DNA of 63,875 nt, the filler included, from Octopus bimaculoides (lineage: Eukaryota), in the NCBI RefSeq assembly GCF_001194135.2. It is 6 parts of 6 records of this genome, joined end to end, with 100 filler letters (N's around TTAATTAATTAA, not from the genome) between each part and the next. Parts side by side here need not be neighbours in the genome. Positions count along the whole stretch, not along the records: positions 43,907 to 57,425 come from NC_068990.1; positions 57,526 to 60,951 come from NW_026427123.1; positions 61,052 to 63,875 come from NC_068999.1; 3 more parts are not named here. One strand, 5' to 3'. Every line of letters starts with the position of its first letter. Position 1 is the stretch's first letter. Both the position numbers and the translations under genes were made by a program. Of the stretch, positions 51,233 through 63,875 are shown one piece after another. A model generated the notes under the pieces. It searched no databases, was not told the DNA's origin, and was given only the letters and a program-made list of their open reading frames with translations.

Positions 51233-51840
51233 GACGGTGATCTGGCAGAAACGTTAGCACGCCGGGCGAAATTCTTAGTGGTATTTCGTCTGCCGTTGCG
51301 TTCTGAGTTCAGATTTTGCTGAGTTCGACTTTGCCTTTTATCCTTCCAGGGTCGATTAAATAAGTACCAGTCACACACTGGGGTCGATGTAATCGACTTA
51401 ATCCTTTTGTCTCTCCTTGTTTGTCCCCTCTATGTTTAGCCCGTTGTGGGCAATAAAGAAATAAGAAATGTTAGCACACCGGGCGAAATGCTTAGCGGCA
51501 TTTCGTCTGTCTTTACGTTCTGAGTTCAAATTCCGNNNNNNNNNNTCACACACTGGGGTCGATGTAATCGACTTAATCCTTTTGTCTCTCCTTGTTTGTC
51601 CCCTCTATGTTTAGCCCGTTGTGGGCAATAAAGAAATAAGAAATGTTAGCACACCGGGCGAAATGCTTAGCGGCATTTCGTCTGTCTTTACGTTCTGAGT
51701 TCAAATTCCGTCGAAGTCGACTTTGCCTTTCATCCTTTTGGGGTCGATAAATTACGTACCAGTTGCGTACTGGGGTCGATCTAATCGACTGGCCCCCTCC
51801 CCCACAAAATTTCGGGCCTTGTACCCAGAGTAGAAAAGAT
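51233..51840 (+). mobile_element. Complete SINE A dimer (A1 + A2), partly duplicated across a 10-N gap
   Basis: Junction AATAAAGAAAT|AAGAAATGTTAGCAC at 51462/51463. The second monomer ends with the A2 tail CCCCCACAAAATTTCGGGCCTTG..AGTAGAAAAG. Confidence 0.88.
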
Positions 51841-51904
51841 TTGTAGTTCCACTTGAACTTGCGACCACACAGGTTGCTTTTTTTGTGCTTGAGATTACTA
51901 CGGA

Positions 51905-52930
51905 AAAGAATAACCAAACCGAAAATTATCGAAACCTCATACATTTTATATTTCTTTTCGAAGGCAAGAATGTGTTAGAAATCTACAGGAAGTTATGAAC
52001 TGTGTGCAGAAGGGATGCTGTTACAGAACGTATGTACCAGAAGCGGTTTTCAAGAATTTTTCGGTCCAAGATATACCTAGCTTTGACTGGTCAACTGAGA
52101 TTAACAGCGATAAAATGGAGTTAGTCGGCACCAACCCACGTTATACGACCAGGATAATCGCAGACATTCTCCAGACATTCAAATCGAGTGTTGAATTCTA
52201 TCTTGCATCATCTTGGTTACGACAACAGGCTCGATGCTGAGGTTCAACTTCAGTTGAATGAATTTAACCTCGTCGAACAGATTTCGATCTGCCATTAGTT
52301 GCAGAAAGGTTAAGAAAGCGATCTATTTTTGAAGAGAATGGTCACAAGGAACGGAAAATGGATCGTCTAAATGGTAAAAGGTCATGGCGGGTGTGGGGTG
52401 GGGTAGGAGAGAGCACTGCCAATCATCACAAACAGCCTTCAAAGCAGGACTTCACACGAAGAAATTTAGGCTTTCAATTAGTGAGGATTGGAAGGCTGTT
52501 TTCCAAGCGTCTTCTCAAGGACAGGACCATCAATTCGGATGAGTACTATGGCTAGCTAAGCAAATTAAATGCAGCGATCCACCAAAAGCGTTCAGCACTT
52601 GTTAATCGTAAGGGCATTGTCTTTCATCACGAAAATGTCAGACCACTGACTTCTTTGCAGACGCGACAGAAATTTCTGGGGCTTGGCAGGGGAATTTTGC
52701 CGCACCATCCATATTCTTCCGACATCGCGCCTTCAGATTTTCATCTGTCTCGGTTTCTTCACATTTCATTGAATAAAGAAACCTTCAAGTCTGAAGAGGA
52801 TGTGAAAATTCAAGTGGACATTTTTCGTCAGTAAAGACAGGAATTAGTTTGAGCAGGGAATAAGTTTGCCGACAAGATGGTAGAAGATACTGGAAACTTG
52901 GTACAGCTATACTCACACAATAGTCTATAT
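51905..52930 (+). mobile_element. Near-full-length dead mariner (DD34D-type) transposase
   Basis: NQTENYRNL..FIFLFEGKN (N-terminus), TNPRYTTRIIADIL, MVTRNGKWIV (for IVTGDEKWI), KAGLHTKK, TINSDEY, RKGIVFHHENVRP (for HHDNARP), HPYSSDIAPSDFHL (for YSPDLAPSD). Many stops and frameshifts; TIRs not resolved. Confidence 0.9.
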
Positions 52931-53400
52931 TGAGTGGCAGTCGATGTATGGGAACTTGTTTTATTGCCACGAGTTATCATTGGACCGGATTAAAAATTTA
53001 AGAAACTGGAAAAACAATAATCTGAAGATTTGTAATTTCACATACATGATACGTGATACACGAAGACGGTCTGCGAATACACGAATGGAAATGCAATGTA
53101 AGAAAGTAAATATAGAGTAAAAGTGCAAAAACAACGGCTTTAAGGTCAATAGTCAAAATGATCTTAAACACTTGCAGCAATTATTCATCTCAGAAATTAA
53201 GAAATGGAATGATTGATGAGTCTAAAGTTGATTGATCAATTCGGTTCCATATAGTTGCTGGTATCCAGGCTAAGGTGGGGTATGTGGTCTTGAGGTGTGT
53301 TAGAATGTCACTCATTGAGTAGAAAGTTTCCCGCTATTTCTCCACAGCCGTCTCCCCGCCATTGGATCTAGAAATTGGAAGACATCTCACATAGGTACAC

Positions 53401-53476
<76 letters not shown>

Positions 53477-53646
53477 ACACGTATGTGTGTGTGCGCGTAG
53501 TTACAAAATCACAGACCCACACACCTATTTCTCAAGAGAGGTCCATTACCCTTTCTTTTCGCGTCATTCTCAAATACACATTCGGTAGCTAATAGACAAG
53601 CATCCACATATATAGACAAATACTCTCCTATGTAGCTTCTCATATA

Positions 53647-53690
<44 letters not shown>

Positions 53691-53950
53691 ACACACACAG
53701 AGTTTTATTTATTAGCTTGTAAATTTATGTATCCACACATACAAACTCACAAGCGCGTACACATACAAGTACATATTTACATACACATGCTTATCTTCCC
53801 CACTACATTCCCTCTCTCTCTCTAGCTCACTCTCTAGCTCTCTCTTTTTCTCTCTCTCTTTCTCTCTCTCACACTCTCTCTCTTATTTTCAGTCTTTCTT
53901 TCCCCTCACTCGTGAATACTTCTCTGTCTCATTCTCACGCACAAACACAA

Positions 53951-54018
<68 letters not shown>

Positions 54019-55037
54019 CCACATGCTGACTCGAATTTACATTTCTTTATTTTCTTCTTACCATCCATCAGGTGACTAGAGTAGTTGATTTTAATTATAA
54101 TGTGCTATTTCATAATCAATTTCAACACCATGATGAAACTACCTACTTATACAAGGATACACACGCACAGGCGCATACAAGCACATACACGCAACGCACA
54201 CAAACACACTAACACACACTCAGTTCATAAACTTACCTGTTTTGCCGTCTTTCTACTTAGGCAGTCAGTCTGCCTACCTTCCTGTACAGTTCCCTACCTG
54301 TTCTCCTACCTTCATACCTAGCTGTCTAAGCAATTATCTAGTTACCTAACTTGATACACATACACATACACGTACACACACACGCACGCACGTGCCGACA
54401 GTCACACTTACACACGCACCCATACGCAGATATGTATACACACACATATAGCAATATTGTAATGCAAACATTTATATACCACATACATAGAGCATAACAC
54501 GGGCATAAAACCAACCAACACACACATATGTTCGTATTAATTAATTCATAATACATTACACGGAGTTTCCGGGTAATCAGAAATGTAACATATGCCTTAC
54601 TCACACGCATGTGCATGTATGTATGTATGTATGTATGTATGTATGTATGTATGTATGTATGTGTGTGTGCGTGTATGTGTGTACGTATATATATATNNNN
54701 NNNNNNNNNNNNNNNNNNNNNNNNNNNNNNNNNNNNNNNNNNNNNNNNNNNNNNNNNNNNNNNNNNNNNNNNNNNNNNNNNNNNNNNNNNNNNNNNNNNN
54801 NNNNNNNNNNNNNNNNNNNNNNNNNNNNNNNNNNNNNNNNNNNNNNNNNNNNNNNNNNNNNNNNNNNNNNNNNNNNNNNNNNNNNNNNNNNNNNNNNNNN
54901 NNNNNNNNNNNNNNNNNNNNNNNNNNNNNNNNNNNNNNNNNNNNNNNNNNNNNNNNNNNNNNNNNNNNNNNNNNNNNNNNNNNNNNNNNNNNNNNNNNNN
55001 NNNNNNNNNNNNNNNNNNNNNNNNNNNNNNNNNNNNN

Positions 55038-55079
<42 letters not shown>

Positions 55080-55394
55080 CATACATGTAGGTACGAATGC
55101 AGGTAAACACAGTTAGGTCTGATACATATACATACACATATGCATAGATATATATGTATATGTACACACATAGACACAGATATATACATCATTTCGGAAA
55201 TATTAACGTATATATACTTATACACACACGCACACCCCTTCACACACACATACACCCTCCCCACAGACACCCACGCCAACACATATACACAAGGTATTCT
55301 TGAAACAGCTGTCGAGTTAAGAAATTATGCATTTACTTAGTGTTCTGTATTTTTCACACTATATACTTGTATGATGTATGTATGTATTTATGCA

Positions 55395-55437
<43 letters not shown>

Positions 55438-55876
55438 GCCTGTCTGTCTGTCTGTCTGTCTATCTGTCTATTTATCTATCTATTTACCTATCTATCTATG
55501 TAAATATATTTATATATGTATCTATGTGTGTGTGTGTATGTATCCCTTTGAATATCTGTAGACATATGTGTCTATATGTGTATTGTTGTGTATGTATAGA
55601 TAACTATATTATATGTGTACATATGTGTCAGGCTTAATTGTGTTTATCTGCATCACTGTCTCCACTTCAGCTCATCTTGGATTTCTGTTATAGCCACTCT
55701 TGATACAGTGTGAAGAATTCGGAGCTGAAGTTCAAATTCATTTGAACACTACGTGTTTACTTTACTAAGCATATCTAACTCTTACTTACTGTTTATATAT
55801 GTATATATATATCCATACATACATACTAATATGTTGATACATATATATATATATATGTGTATATATGCATATATCT

Positions 55877-55960
<84 letters not shown>

Positions 55961-56794
55961 ATCTATATATATATATANNNNNNNNNNNNNNNNNNNNNNN
56001 NNNNNNNNNNNNNNNNNNNNNNNNNNNNNNNNNNNNNNNNNNNNNNNNNNNNNNNNNNNNNNNNNNNNNNNNNNNNNNNNNNNNNNNNNNNNNNNNNNNN
56101 NNNNNNNNNNNNNNNNNNNNNNNNNNNNNNNNNNNNNNNNNNNNNNNNNNNNNNNNNNNNNNNNNNNNNNNNNNNNNNNNNNNNNNNNNNNNNNNNNNNN
56201 NNNNNNNNNNNNNNNNNNNNNNNNNNNNNNNNNNNNNNNNNNNNNNNNNNNNNNNNNNNNNNNNNNNNNNNNNNNNNNNNNNNNNNNNNNNNNNNNNNNN
56301 NNNNNNNNNNNNNNNNNNNNNNNNNNNNNNNNNNNNNNNNNNNNNNNNNNNNNNNNNNNNNNNNNNNNNNNNNNNNNNNNNNNNNNNNNNNNNNNNNNNN
56401 NNNNNNNNNNNNNNNNNNNNNNNNNNNNNNNNNNNNNNNNNNNNNNNNNNNNNNNNNNNNNNNNNNNNNNNNNNNNNNNNNNNNNNNNNNNNNNNNNNNN
56501 NNNNNNNNNNNNNNNNNNNNNNNNNNNNNNNNNNNNNNNNNNNNNNNNNNNNNNNNNNNNNNNNNNNNNNNNNNNNNNNNNNNNNNNNNNNNNNNNNNNN
56601 NNNNNNNNNNNNNNNNNNNNNNNNNNNNNNNNNNNNNNNNNNNNNNNNNNNNNNNNNNNNNNNATATACACATATATATGTATATATATGCACACATATA
56701 TATATATGCACACACACACACACACACATATATATATTTATATATATATATATATATATACATACATATACATACACATATATATATATATATA

Positions 56795-57119
56795 CATATA
56801 TGGGTACAGGACGACACCAACTGTAATATACATAGTAGGAAAACAAGAGAGTTGAATACGCAAACAACGAGAGAAAAAATGGAAAACAGAATAAGTAACA
56901 CAAAGAACGACCCTTCATCAGTTGTCAGCTGTCTAACTCTTCATTTGAATGCTCGAAATGAGGAGTAGATAGACAGACAACAACTGATGAACGGTCGTTC
57001 TTTATGTTACTTGTCCTGTTTTCCAGTTTTTTCTCTCTCGTTGTTTGCGTATTCAACTCTCTTGTTTGTTTTCGTCCTTGATGTTATTTACAGTTGGTGA
57101 CGTCTTGTACCCATATATG
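56795..57119. mobile_element. ~325-bp fold-back element made of two inverted family E arms
   Basis: Left arm 56795-56946 and right arm 56956-57119 are reverse complements (roughly 85% by eye), with loop GAATGCTCG; (TA)n-rich flanks on both sides. Confidence 0.9.
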
Positions 57120-57154
57120 TATATATGTATATGTATATACATGTATATGTATAC

Positions 57155-57194
<40 letters not shown>

Positions 57195-57666
57195 TATATT
57201 ATTATTTAATTGAACGCCACGCATCTATTTCCAAGTCTATCTATCTCTCTCTCTCTTTCTCTCTCTCTCTTTATATATATATAGCCGCCTGGCTAGGGCT
57301 TGGCTGCTCTGCATTGACAAGGGGCAACACCCTGAAACTAGTCTGCAGATGCCAAACCAGCAGGGGGACACTGCTGACCTCCCCTGTTCGAAGGTTATAA
57401 AGGACACAGGTTTCGTGTGTCACATNNNNNNNNNNNNNNNNNNNNNNNNNNNNNNNNNNNNNNNNNNNNTTAATTAATTAANNNNNNNNNNNNNNNNNNN
57501 NNNNNNNNNNNNNNNNNNNNNNNNNACACACACACACACACACACACATATACATACATACATACATGTATATATGTATATATACATATATATACATGTG
57601 TATAAATATATATATACATGTATATATGTGTATCTATCTATATATATATATACACACACACGCCTA

Positions 57667-57718
<52 letters not shown>

Positions 57719-58717
57719 NNNNNNNNNNNNNNNNNNNNNNNNNNNNNNNNNNNNNNNNNNNNNNNNNNNNNNNNNNNNNNNNNNNNNNNNNNNNNNNNNN
57801 NNNNNNNNNNNNNNNNNNNNNNNNNNNNNNNNNNNNNNNNNNNNNNNNNNNNNNNNNNNNNNNNNNNNNNNNNNNNNNNNNNNNNNNNNNNNNNNNNNNN
57901 NNNNNNNNNNNNNNNNNNNNNNNNNNNNNNNNNNNNNNNNNNNNNNNNNNNNNNNNNNNNNNNNNNNNNNNNNNNNNNNNNNNNNNNNNNNNNNNNNNNN
58001 NNNNNNNNNNNNNNNNNNNNNNNNNNNNNNNNNNNNNNNNNNNNNNNNNNNNNNNNNNNNNNNNNNNNNNNNNNNNNNNNNNNNNNNNNNNNNNNNNNNN
58101 NNNNNNNNNNNNNNNNNNNNNNNNNNNNNNNNNNNNNNNNNNNNNNNNNNNNNNNNNNNNNNNNNNNNNNNNNNNNNNNNNNNNNNNNNNNNNNNNNNNN
58201 NNNNNNNNNNNNNNNNNNNNNNNNNNNNNNNNNNNNNNNNNNNNNNNNNNNNNNNNNNNNNNNNNNNNNNNNNNNNNNNNNNNNNNNNNNNNNNNNNNNN
58301 NNNNNNNNNNNNNNNNNNNNNNNNNNNNNNNNNNNNNNNNNNNNNNNNNNNNNNNNNNNNNNNNNNNNNNNNNNNNNNNNNNNNNNNNNNNNNNNNNNNN
58401 NNNNNNNNNNNNNNNNNNNNNNNNNNNNNNNNNNNNNNNNNNNNNNNNNNNNNNNNNNNNNNNNNNNNNNNNNNNNNNNNNNNNNNNNNNNNNNNNNNNN
58501 NNNNNNNNNNNNNNNNNNNNNNNNNNNNNNNNNNNNNNNNNNNNNNNNNNNNNNNNNNNNNNNNNNNNNNNNNNNNNNNNNNNNNNNNNNNNNNNNNNNN
58601 NNNNNNNNNNNNNNNNNNNNNNNNNNNNNNNNNNNNNNNNNNNNNNNNNNNNNNNNNNNNNNNNNNNNNNNNNNNNNNNNNNNNNNNNNNNNNNNNNNNN
58701 NNNNNNNNNNNNNNNNN

Positions 58718-58756
<39 letters not shown>

Positions 58757-59768
58757 TGTGTGTGTGTTTGTGTGTTTGTGTGTGTGTCTGTGTGTGTGTG
58801 TGGTTTCATAAAAGTGTGCAGTGACCAAGCCACAATGTTAATCACACGAAAGAACGCGCAGAAGCTCACATGAAAACGCACACATACGGTCACAAATACA
58901 CACACACACACACACACACACATACATAGAGAGAGAGAATTATTTATGTGTGTGTGTGTGTGTGTGTGTATGTGAATGTATAATAGAAACGTGTATGTAG
59001 TTATGTATGTATGTATGTATGTATGTTTGTATAATGGAAACGTGTTAGGCGGAAGGGAGATAGATAGAGAGAGAGAGAGAGATAAAGAAGAACCATATAT
59101 TTCGAGAGAGAGGTGGGTAGTAGAGAGAGAGAGAGACTGAGGCTACAGTGAGCGAAAGAAGGACGAAAAGAGAGAGACAGACAGTCAACGAGAGAGAGAG
59201 GGGGGGAGGGAGCGCCCTGTGTTACAACAAGCTACATTCCATTACTAGCCTACAGTAAAAAAAAAACCAGTCTGGACAAGAGACAACCTCGTTTCACCCG
59301 GGAGGCAGCCTGCTGGTTGTTTAGGAGGGTGGAGTGTAGATTGAGTGTGTGTGTGAGTGTTTGTGTTTATCTGTATAAGTGTATGTGTGTGTGTGTGTGT
59401 GTGCGTGTGCGTGGGGGCTTGTCTGTGTGTCTGCGACGCCGTCTATACCGACCTAACCGTGCGTGGCCACAGACATAAATACATATGTTATATATTATAA
59501 TATACGTACGTCTACATACATGTCTATATATATATATATTATGATGTGTGCGCTTGTTGGTAGTTACTAGTGTAGCTTTTGTCTGGCGAAAAAGTAAACT
59601 TTAAAAATAATTGCTGATATGGTTTTATGGTTAAAGAGGACACTTCATGACCACGTGGTTCCGGCACAGAACCAGAGTAATTTCGTCTTATACTGTAGAC
59701 TCGGCCGAGAATTTTGCTTGACAAAGGCAGAGGAGATTTCCGTTGTGTGTGTGTGTGTGTGTGTGTGT

Positions 59769-60951
59769 TCTTTTATTCTTTTATATGACTGCGGCCATGG
59801 AGCACTGCCTTTAGTCGAATGAATCGAATACCCAGTACTTATTCTTTGTAAGCCTAGTACTTATTCTATCGGTCTCTGTTGCCGAACTGCTAAGTAACGG
59901 GGACGTAAACACACCAACATCGATTGTCAAGCGATGGTGGGGGACAAACAGACACACAAACACACATACATACATACATACATACATACACATATATATA
60001 TATTCTTTTATTCGTTTCAGTCATTTTGACTGCGGCCATGCTGGAGCACCGCCTTTAGTCGAGCAAATCGACCTCAGGACTTATTCTTTTTAAGCCTCGT
60101 ACTTATTCTATTGGTCTTTGTTGCCGAACCGCTAAGTTTCGGGGACGTAAACACACCAGCATCGATGTTAAGCGATGTTAGACCACACACACAAACAAAC
60201 ATATACACACCCACATACATATATATACGACGGGCTTCTTTCAGTTTCCGTCTACCGAATCCACTCACAAGGCTTTGGTCGGCCCGAGGCTATAGCAGAA
60301 GACACTTGACCAAGGTACCATGCAGGGGGACTGAACCCGGAACCATATGGTTGGTAAATAAACTACATATCACACAGCAACTATTGCACCTACAACCATT
60401 CCTGCACACACACGCACACACACATACATATATACATAATTTATCTTTTAATTGTTTCAGTCATTAGACTGCGGCCATGCTGGGGCACCGCCTTGAAGAA
60501 TTTTTAGTTGACTTTATTGACCCTAGTACTTATCTTTTTAAAAGCCTGGTACTTAATCTAACGGCCCCTTTTTTTCCCGAACCGCTAGGTACGGGAACGT
60601 AAGCACACCAGCTCCGGTTGTCCAGTGGTGCGGTGGGCACAAAGACACACAGACACATATATATGACTATCTTCTTTCAGTTACCACCTGCCAAATCCAC
60701 TCGCAAGGCTTTGGGCAGCCTGAGGCTATAGTGGAAGACACTTGCCCAAGGTGCCATGCAGTGGGACTGAACCCTGAACCTTGTGGTTGGAAAGCAAGCT
60801 TATTACCACTCAGCCACGCCTAATCCAAAAATATCTAAAAGTAGGAATAGAGAATTAAACGTACAGGCGTGGCTGGGTGGTAAGAAGCTTGCTTCTCAAC
60901 CACATAGTTCGGGTTCAGTCCCACTGTGTGGTACCTTGGGCAAGTGTCTTC
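59769..60951. mobile_element. Cluster of four SINE B copies: 59769-60000(-), 60004-60390(-), 60443-60821(-), 60865-60951(+)
   Basis: Family B motifs in each; the last two are head-to-head. Confidence 0.9.
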
Positions 60952-61084
60952 NNNNNNNNNNNNNNNNNNNNNNNNNNNNNNNNNNNNNNNNNNNNTTAAT
61001 TAATTAANNNNNNNNNNNNNNNNNNNNNNNNNNNNNNNNNNNNNNNNNNNNATTCAACTGATACATAAACAGCCACATACATAT

Positions 61085-61614
61085 ATATTTATATACATAT
61101 ATTTGCAATGGGCTTCTTCCAGTTTCCATCTACCAAATCCACTCACAAGGATTTGGTCGGCCCGAGGCTATAATAGAAGACACTTGCCCAAGGTGCCACA
61201 CAGTGGGACTGAACTCGGAACCATGTGGTTGGTAAGCAAGCTACTTACCACACAATGTTGAAGTGTGTTAAATATTAAAAAATATTTTGTAATGCTCATA
61301 AAGTTCAATTAGCGCTTACGTTTAACACACATCAACATTGTAAAAGAAATTTTTTAATACAATAATGAAAAACGTGAAAACCAGACCATGTTTTAACTTT
61401 ATTCAACTGATACATAAACAGCCACATACATATATATTTATATACATATATACGATGGGCTTCTTTCAGTTTCCGTCTACCAAATTCACTCACAAGGCTT
61501 TGGTCGGCCCGAGGCTATAGTAGAAGACACTTGCCCAAGGTGCACGCAGTGGGACTGAACCCGAGACCATGTGGTTGGTAAGCAAGCTATTTACCACACA
61601 GCCACTCCTGCGCC
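61085..61614 (-). mobile_element. Two SINE B 5' halves (61085-61255, 61452-61614) in a ~350-bp local duplication
   Basis: The flank ATTCAACTGATACATAAACAGCCA is repeated at 61052 and 61402. Confidence 0.85.
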
Positions 61615-61866
61615 TATTGTACATGAATAGAAAATCACACGTGCCGTTTGGCTCATTTAGTTGAATAGTTTAGCTTATTGAGCATTTCCTCAGTGCAACG
61701 CATGAACAACAGAGAATATCGGAGCTAAGACTCTACCCCTTGGAACTATGACCAAATTTTGGCATAGACAGGTAAATACTATCACCAAATCTCTGAAATG
61801 GAAGCCGCTGCTTGCTGGCAAAGGTCCCTATCAATCCTATTGTAAGATACCTGAAGGGATTTCATA

Positions 61867-62345
61867 GGCGCAGGAGTGGCTGTGTGGTAAGTAGCTTACA
61901 TACCAACCACATGGTTCCGGGTTCAGTCCCACTGCGTTGCACCTTGGGCAAGTGTCTTCTACTAAAGCCTTGTGAGTGAATTTGGTAGACGGAAACTGAA
62001 AGAAGCCCGTCGTATATATGTATATATATGTATGTATGTGTGTGTATATGTTTGTTTGTCTGTGTTTGTCCTCCCAACATCGATTGAGAACCGATGCTGG
62101 TGTGTTTACGTCCCCGTAACTTAGTGGTTCGGCAAAAGAGACCGATAGAATAAGTACTAGGCATCCAAAGAATAAGTCCTGGGGTCGATTTGCTCGACTA
62201 AAGGCGGTGCTCCAGCATGGCTACAGTCAAAATGACTGAAACAAGTAAAAGAGTAAAAGAGTAAAAGAGTAAAAGAGAGTTCGATCAAGGCGGTGCTTCA
62301 GCGTGGCCGCAATTTAATGACTGAAAGAACTAAAAGTAAAAGAAT
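61867..62345 (+). mobile_element. Full-length SINE B (61867-62277) plus an extra 3'-end fragment
   Basis: Complete head, internal microsatellite and (GAGTAAAA)4 tail, then a second GGCGGTGCTTCAGCGTGGCCGC tail piece. Confidence 0.92.
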
Positions 62346-63875
62346 ATGTTGGAATAGAGAATGGTTTCTTTGTCCAGCATTCTTGAGCCAAAACGAAATT
62401 CATCAGACGTCTTCCATAGCTTCCCCATAACGGAATGAGACGTTTCGGCGCAGCTATTTGCATGCTGGCGATTTGCCACTGTTGATTGAACGTTGAACTT
62501 GATTTGGTGGCAGCAATTTTTGGCGCTAGAGGCAAATACGCGCGCGCGCAGAAATATACACGTATAGTTAGGAAAGAGATGGTGGGAGAGAGAGAGAGCG
62601 ACAGACAGACAGACAGACAGACAGACAGAGACAGACAGACAGACAGAGGCAGACAGACAGACAGATAGACAAACAGGCAGACAGACAGACAGACAGAGAG
62701 GGCGGAGAGAGAGACTACAGTTTATTAATTGAACGTAATTTACAGATACTTCTATACTTGCACGCAGAAACAGGAAGAGAAGGGAAAGACAACTAGGGAA
62801 ACATTACAACAAAAGAAACGTTAAACAAAACGGAACATGAAAACGTCCGATGTCAAATGAGTCTGCGTCTTATAAACGACGCCAAATAGGCAGGTCCAAA
62901 ACGGCTGTGACAAAGCGTCCCATACCCTTCTCGTAATGCAGTTGAAGTAAAAACTGTTTTGGTGGGTGATTTCTGCCAGAATACAATAACCTTGCTAGCG
63001 AATGGTCTCAACCAAAATTTAACAACAAATATTTGTTATTTTTCAAATTCCTTTCTTCCTTAGTTCCTCAAGGAACCAAGGTAGAGTTGCAGGGGTGCAG
63101 TTGTGATATACGGCATATCTGTAGCTTTTAAACTTGGCGGATCCCATCCCCCACCAGGTCTGGACACAACCTATTTCTTCCAGAGAATAAAAGAAAGATA
63201 CAGAAAAGAACAATCGACACACACTTAATTGAAATTTTGTTTTCTATAGCCAGTATTAGAGAAACAGCATGCAGTTGTTAAATTCATATAGAGTTAAAGT
63301 TGGTAGAGTGGAAAGATAAGCTTTAGTTCGCGCTGGAGATAAGTGTGTAGAGAACCGATGCGGAGCGTTACACTGAACATAGTGAGATGTTGAATGGAGT
63401 GCGCCAGAGTAGAAACCGAATGCAACAGAGGAGTGATTAAGAAGGAAATCCAAAAGTGTTTCGCAAAGCGGTCGGACAAGCGTTGTTTGGCCTGTCCAAT
63501 AATATGAGACGAAGCAGATGTGAGCATAGATTGGATCGCTGCAAGCGCAGATGAAGGAGTTCGCTATATAGAAAGAGTGGTGGTTGGGTCAGGTAAAGGG
63601 ATGTGAGAGGAAAGGCCAAGTGTCGCAGCAGGAGGTGAAATAGAACACTATTCCCAAGATGACAACGTAGATCATGATAATGGTAACCAGCAAGTATGTT
63701 TACTGTCATTTAAAACTTTCCACTTTGTCACACACACACATACACACACACACACACACACACATACACACACACATACACACACACATACACATACACA
63801 CATACACATATACACACACACACACATACACACACACATACACACACACACATACACACACACACATACACACAC

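Noticed and set aside
61052-61614. ~350-bp tandem duplication
   Set aside because: It starts at a gap edge and the copies differ slightly, so it is most simply two haplotypes or an overlap artefact.
63290-63690. NGVRQS resembling the LINE RT GVRQG motif
   Set aside because: The downstream LSP.LF motif is absent and all frames have stops; not supportable as RT.

Overview
Repeat-saturated, AT-rich eukaryotic draft-assembly sequence with roughly 5-6 kb of N gaps. It looks like an octopus (coleoid cephalopod) genome. That assignment is an inference from the tRNA-derived SINE families and the extreme microsatellite load, not a database match. I cannot confidently call any host protein-coding gene, rRNA, tRNA or CRISPR array; nearly all ORF-track entries are microsatellite read-throughs, N-gap read-throughs or antisense shadows of repeats. 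What the sequence does support: (i) dozens of copies of three tRNA-headed SINE families, here called A, B and C; (ii) decayed fragments of an RTE (Rex3/Expander-like) LINE, an R4/Dong-type RLE LINE sitting in an (AAT)n array, a Penelope-like RT, one near-full-length dead mariner, several Tc1/mariner ends or MITEs, a hAT-type MITE and a probable Helitron scrap; (iii) two unassigned short repeat families, D and E, with one E copy forming a ~325-bp fold-back; (iv) assembly artefacts (TTAATTAATTAA linkers in 100-nt gaps, and duplicated sequence around 10-N gaps). A few weak splice-site-bounded exon candidates suggest the window may be intronic. I found no convincing new biological system. The best leads are a dimeric SINE with a fixed junction at three loci, the fold-back family E with a hammerhead-like relic, a stem-loop module shared by two SINE families, and the microsatellite-embedded RLE element.
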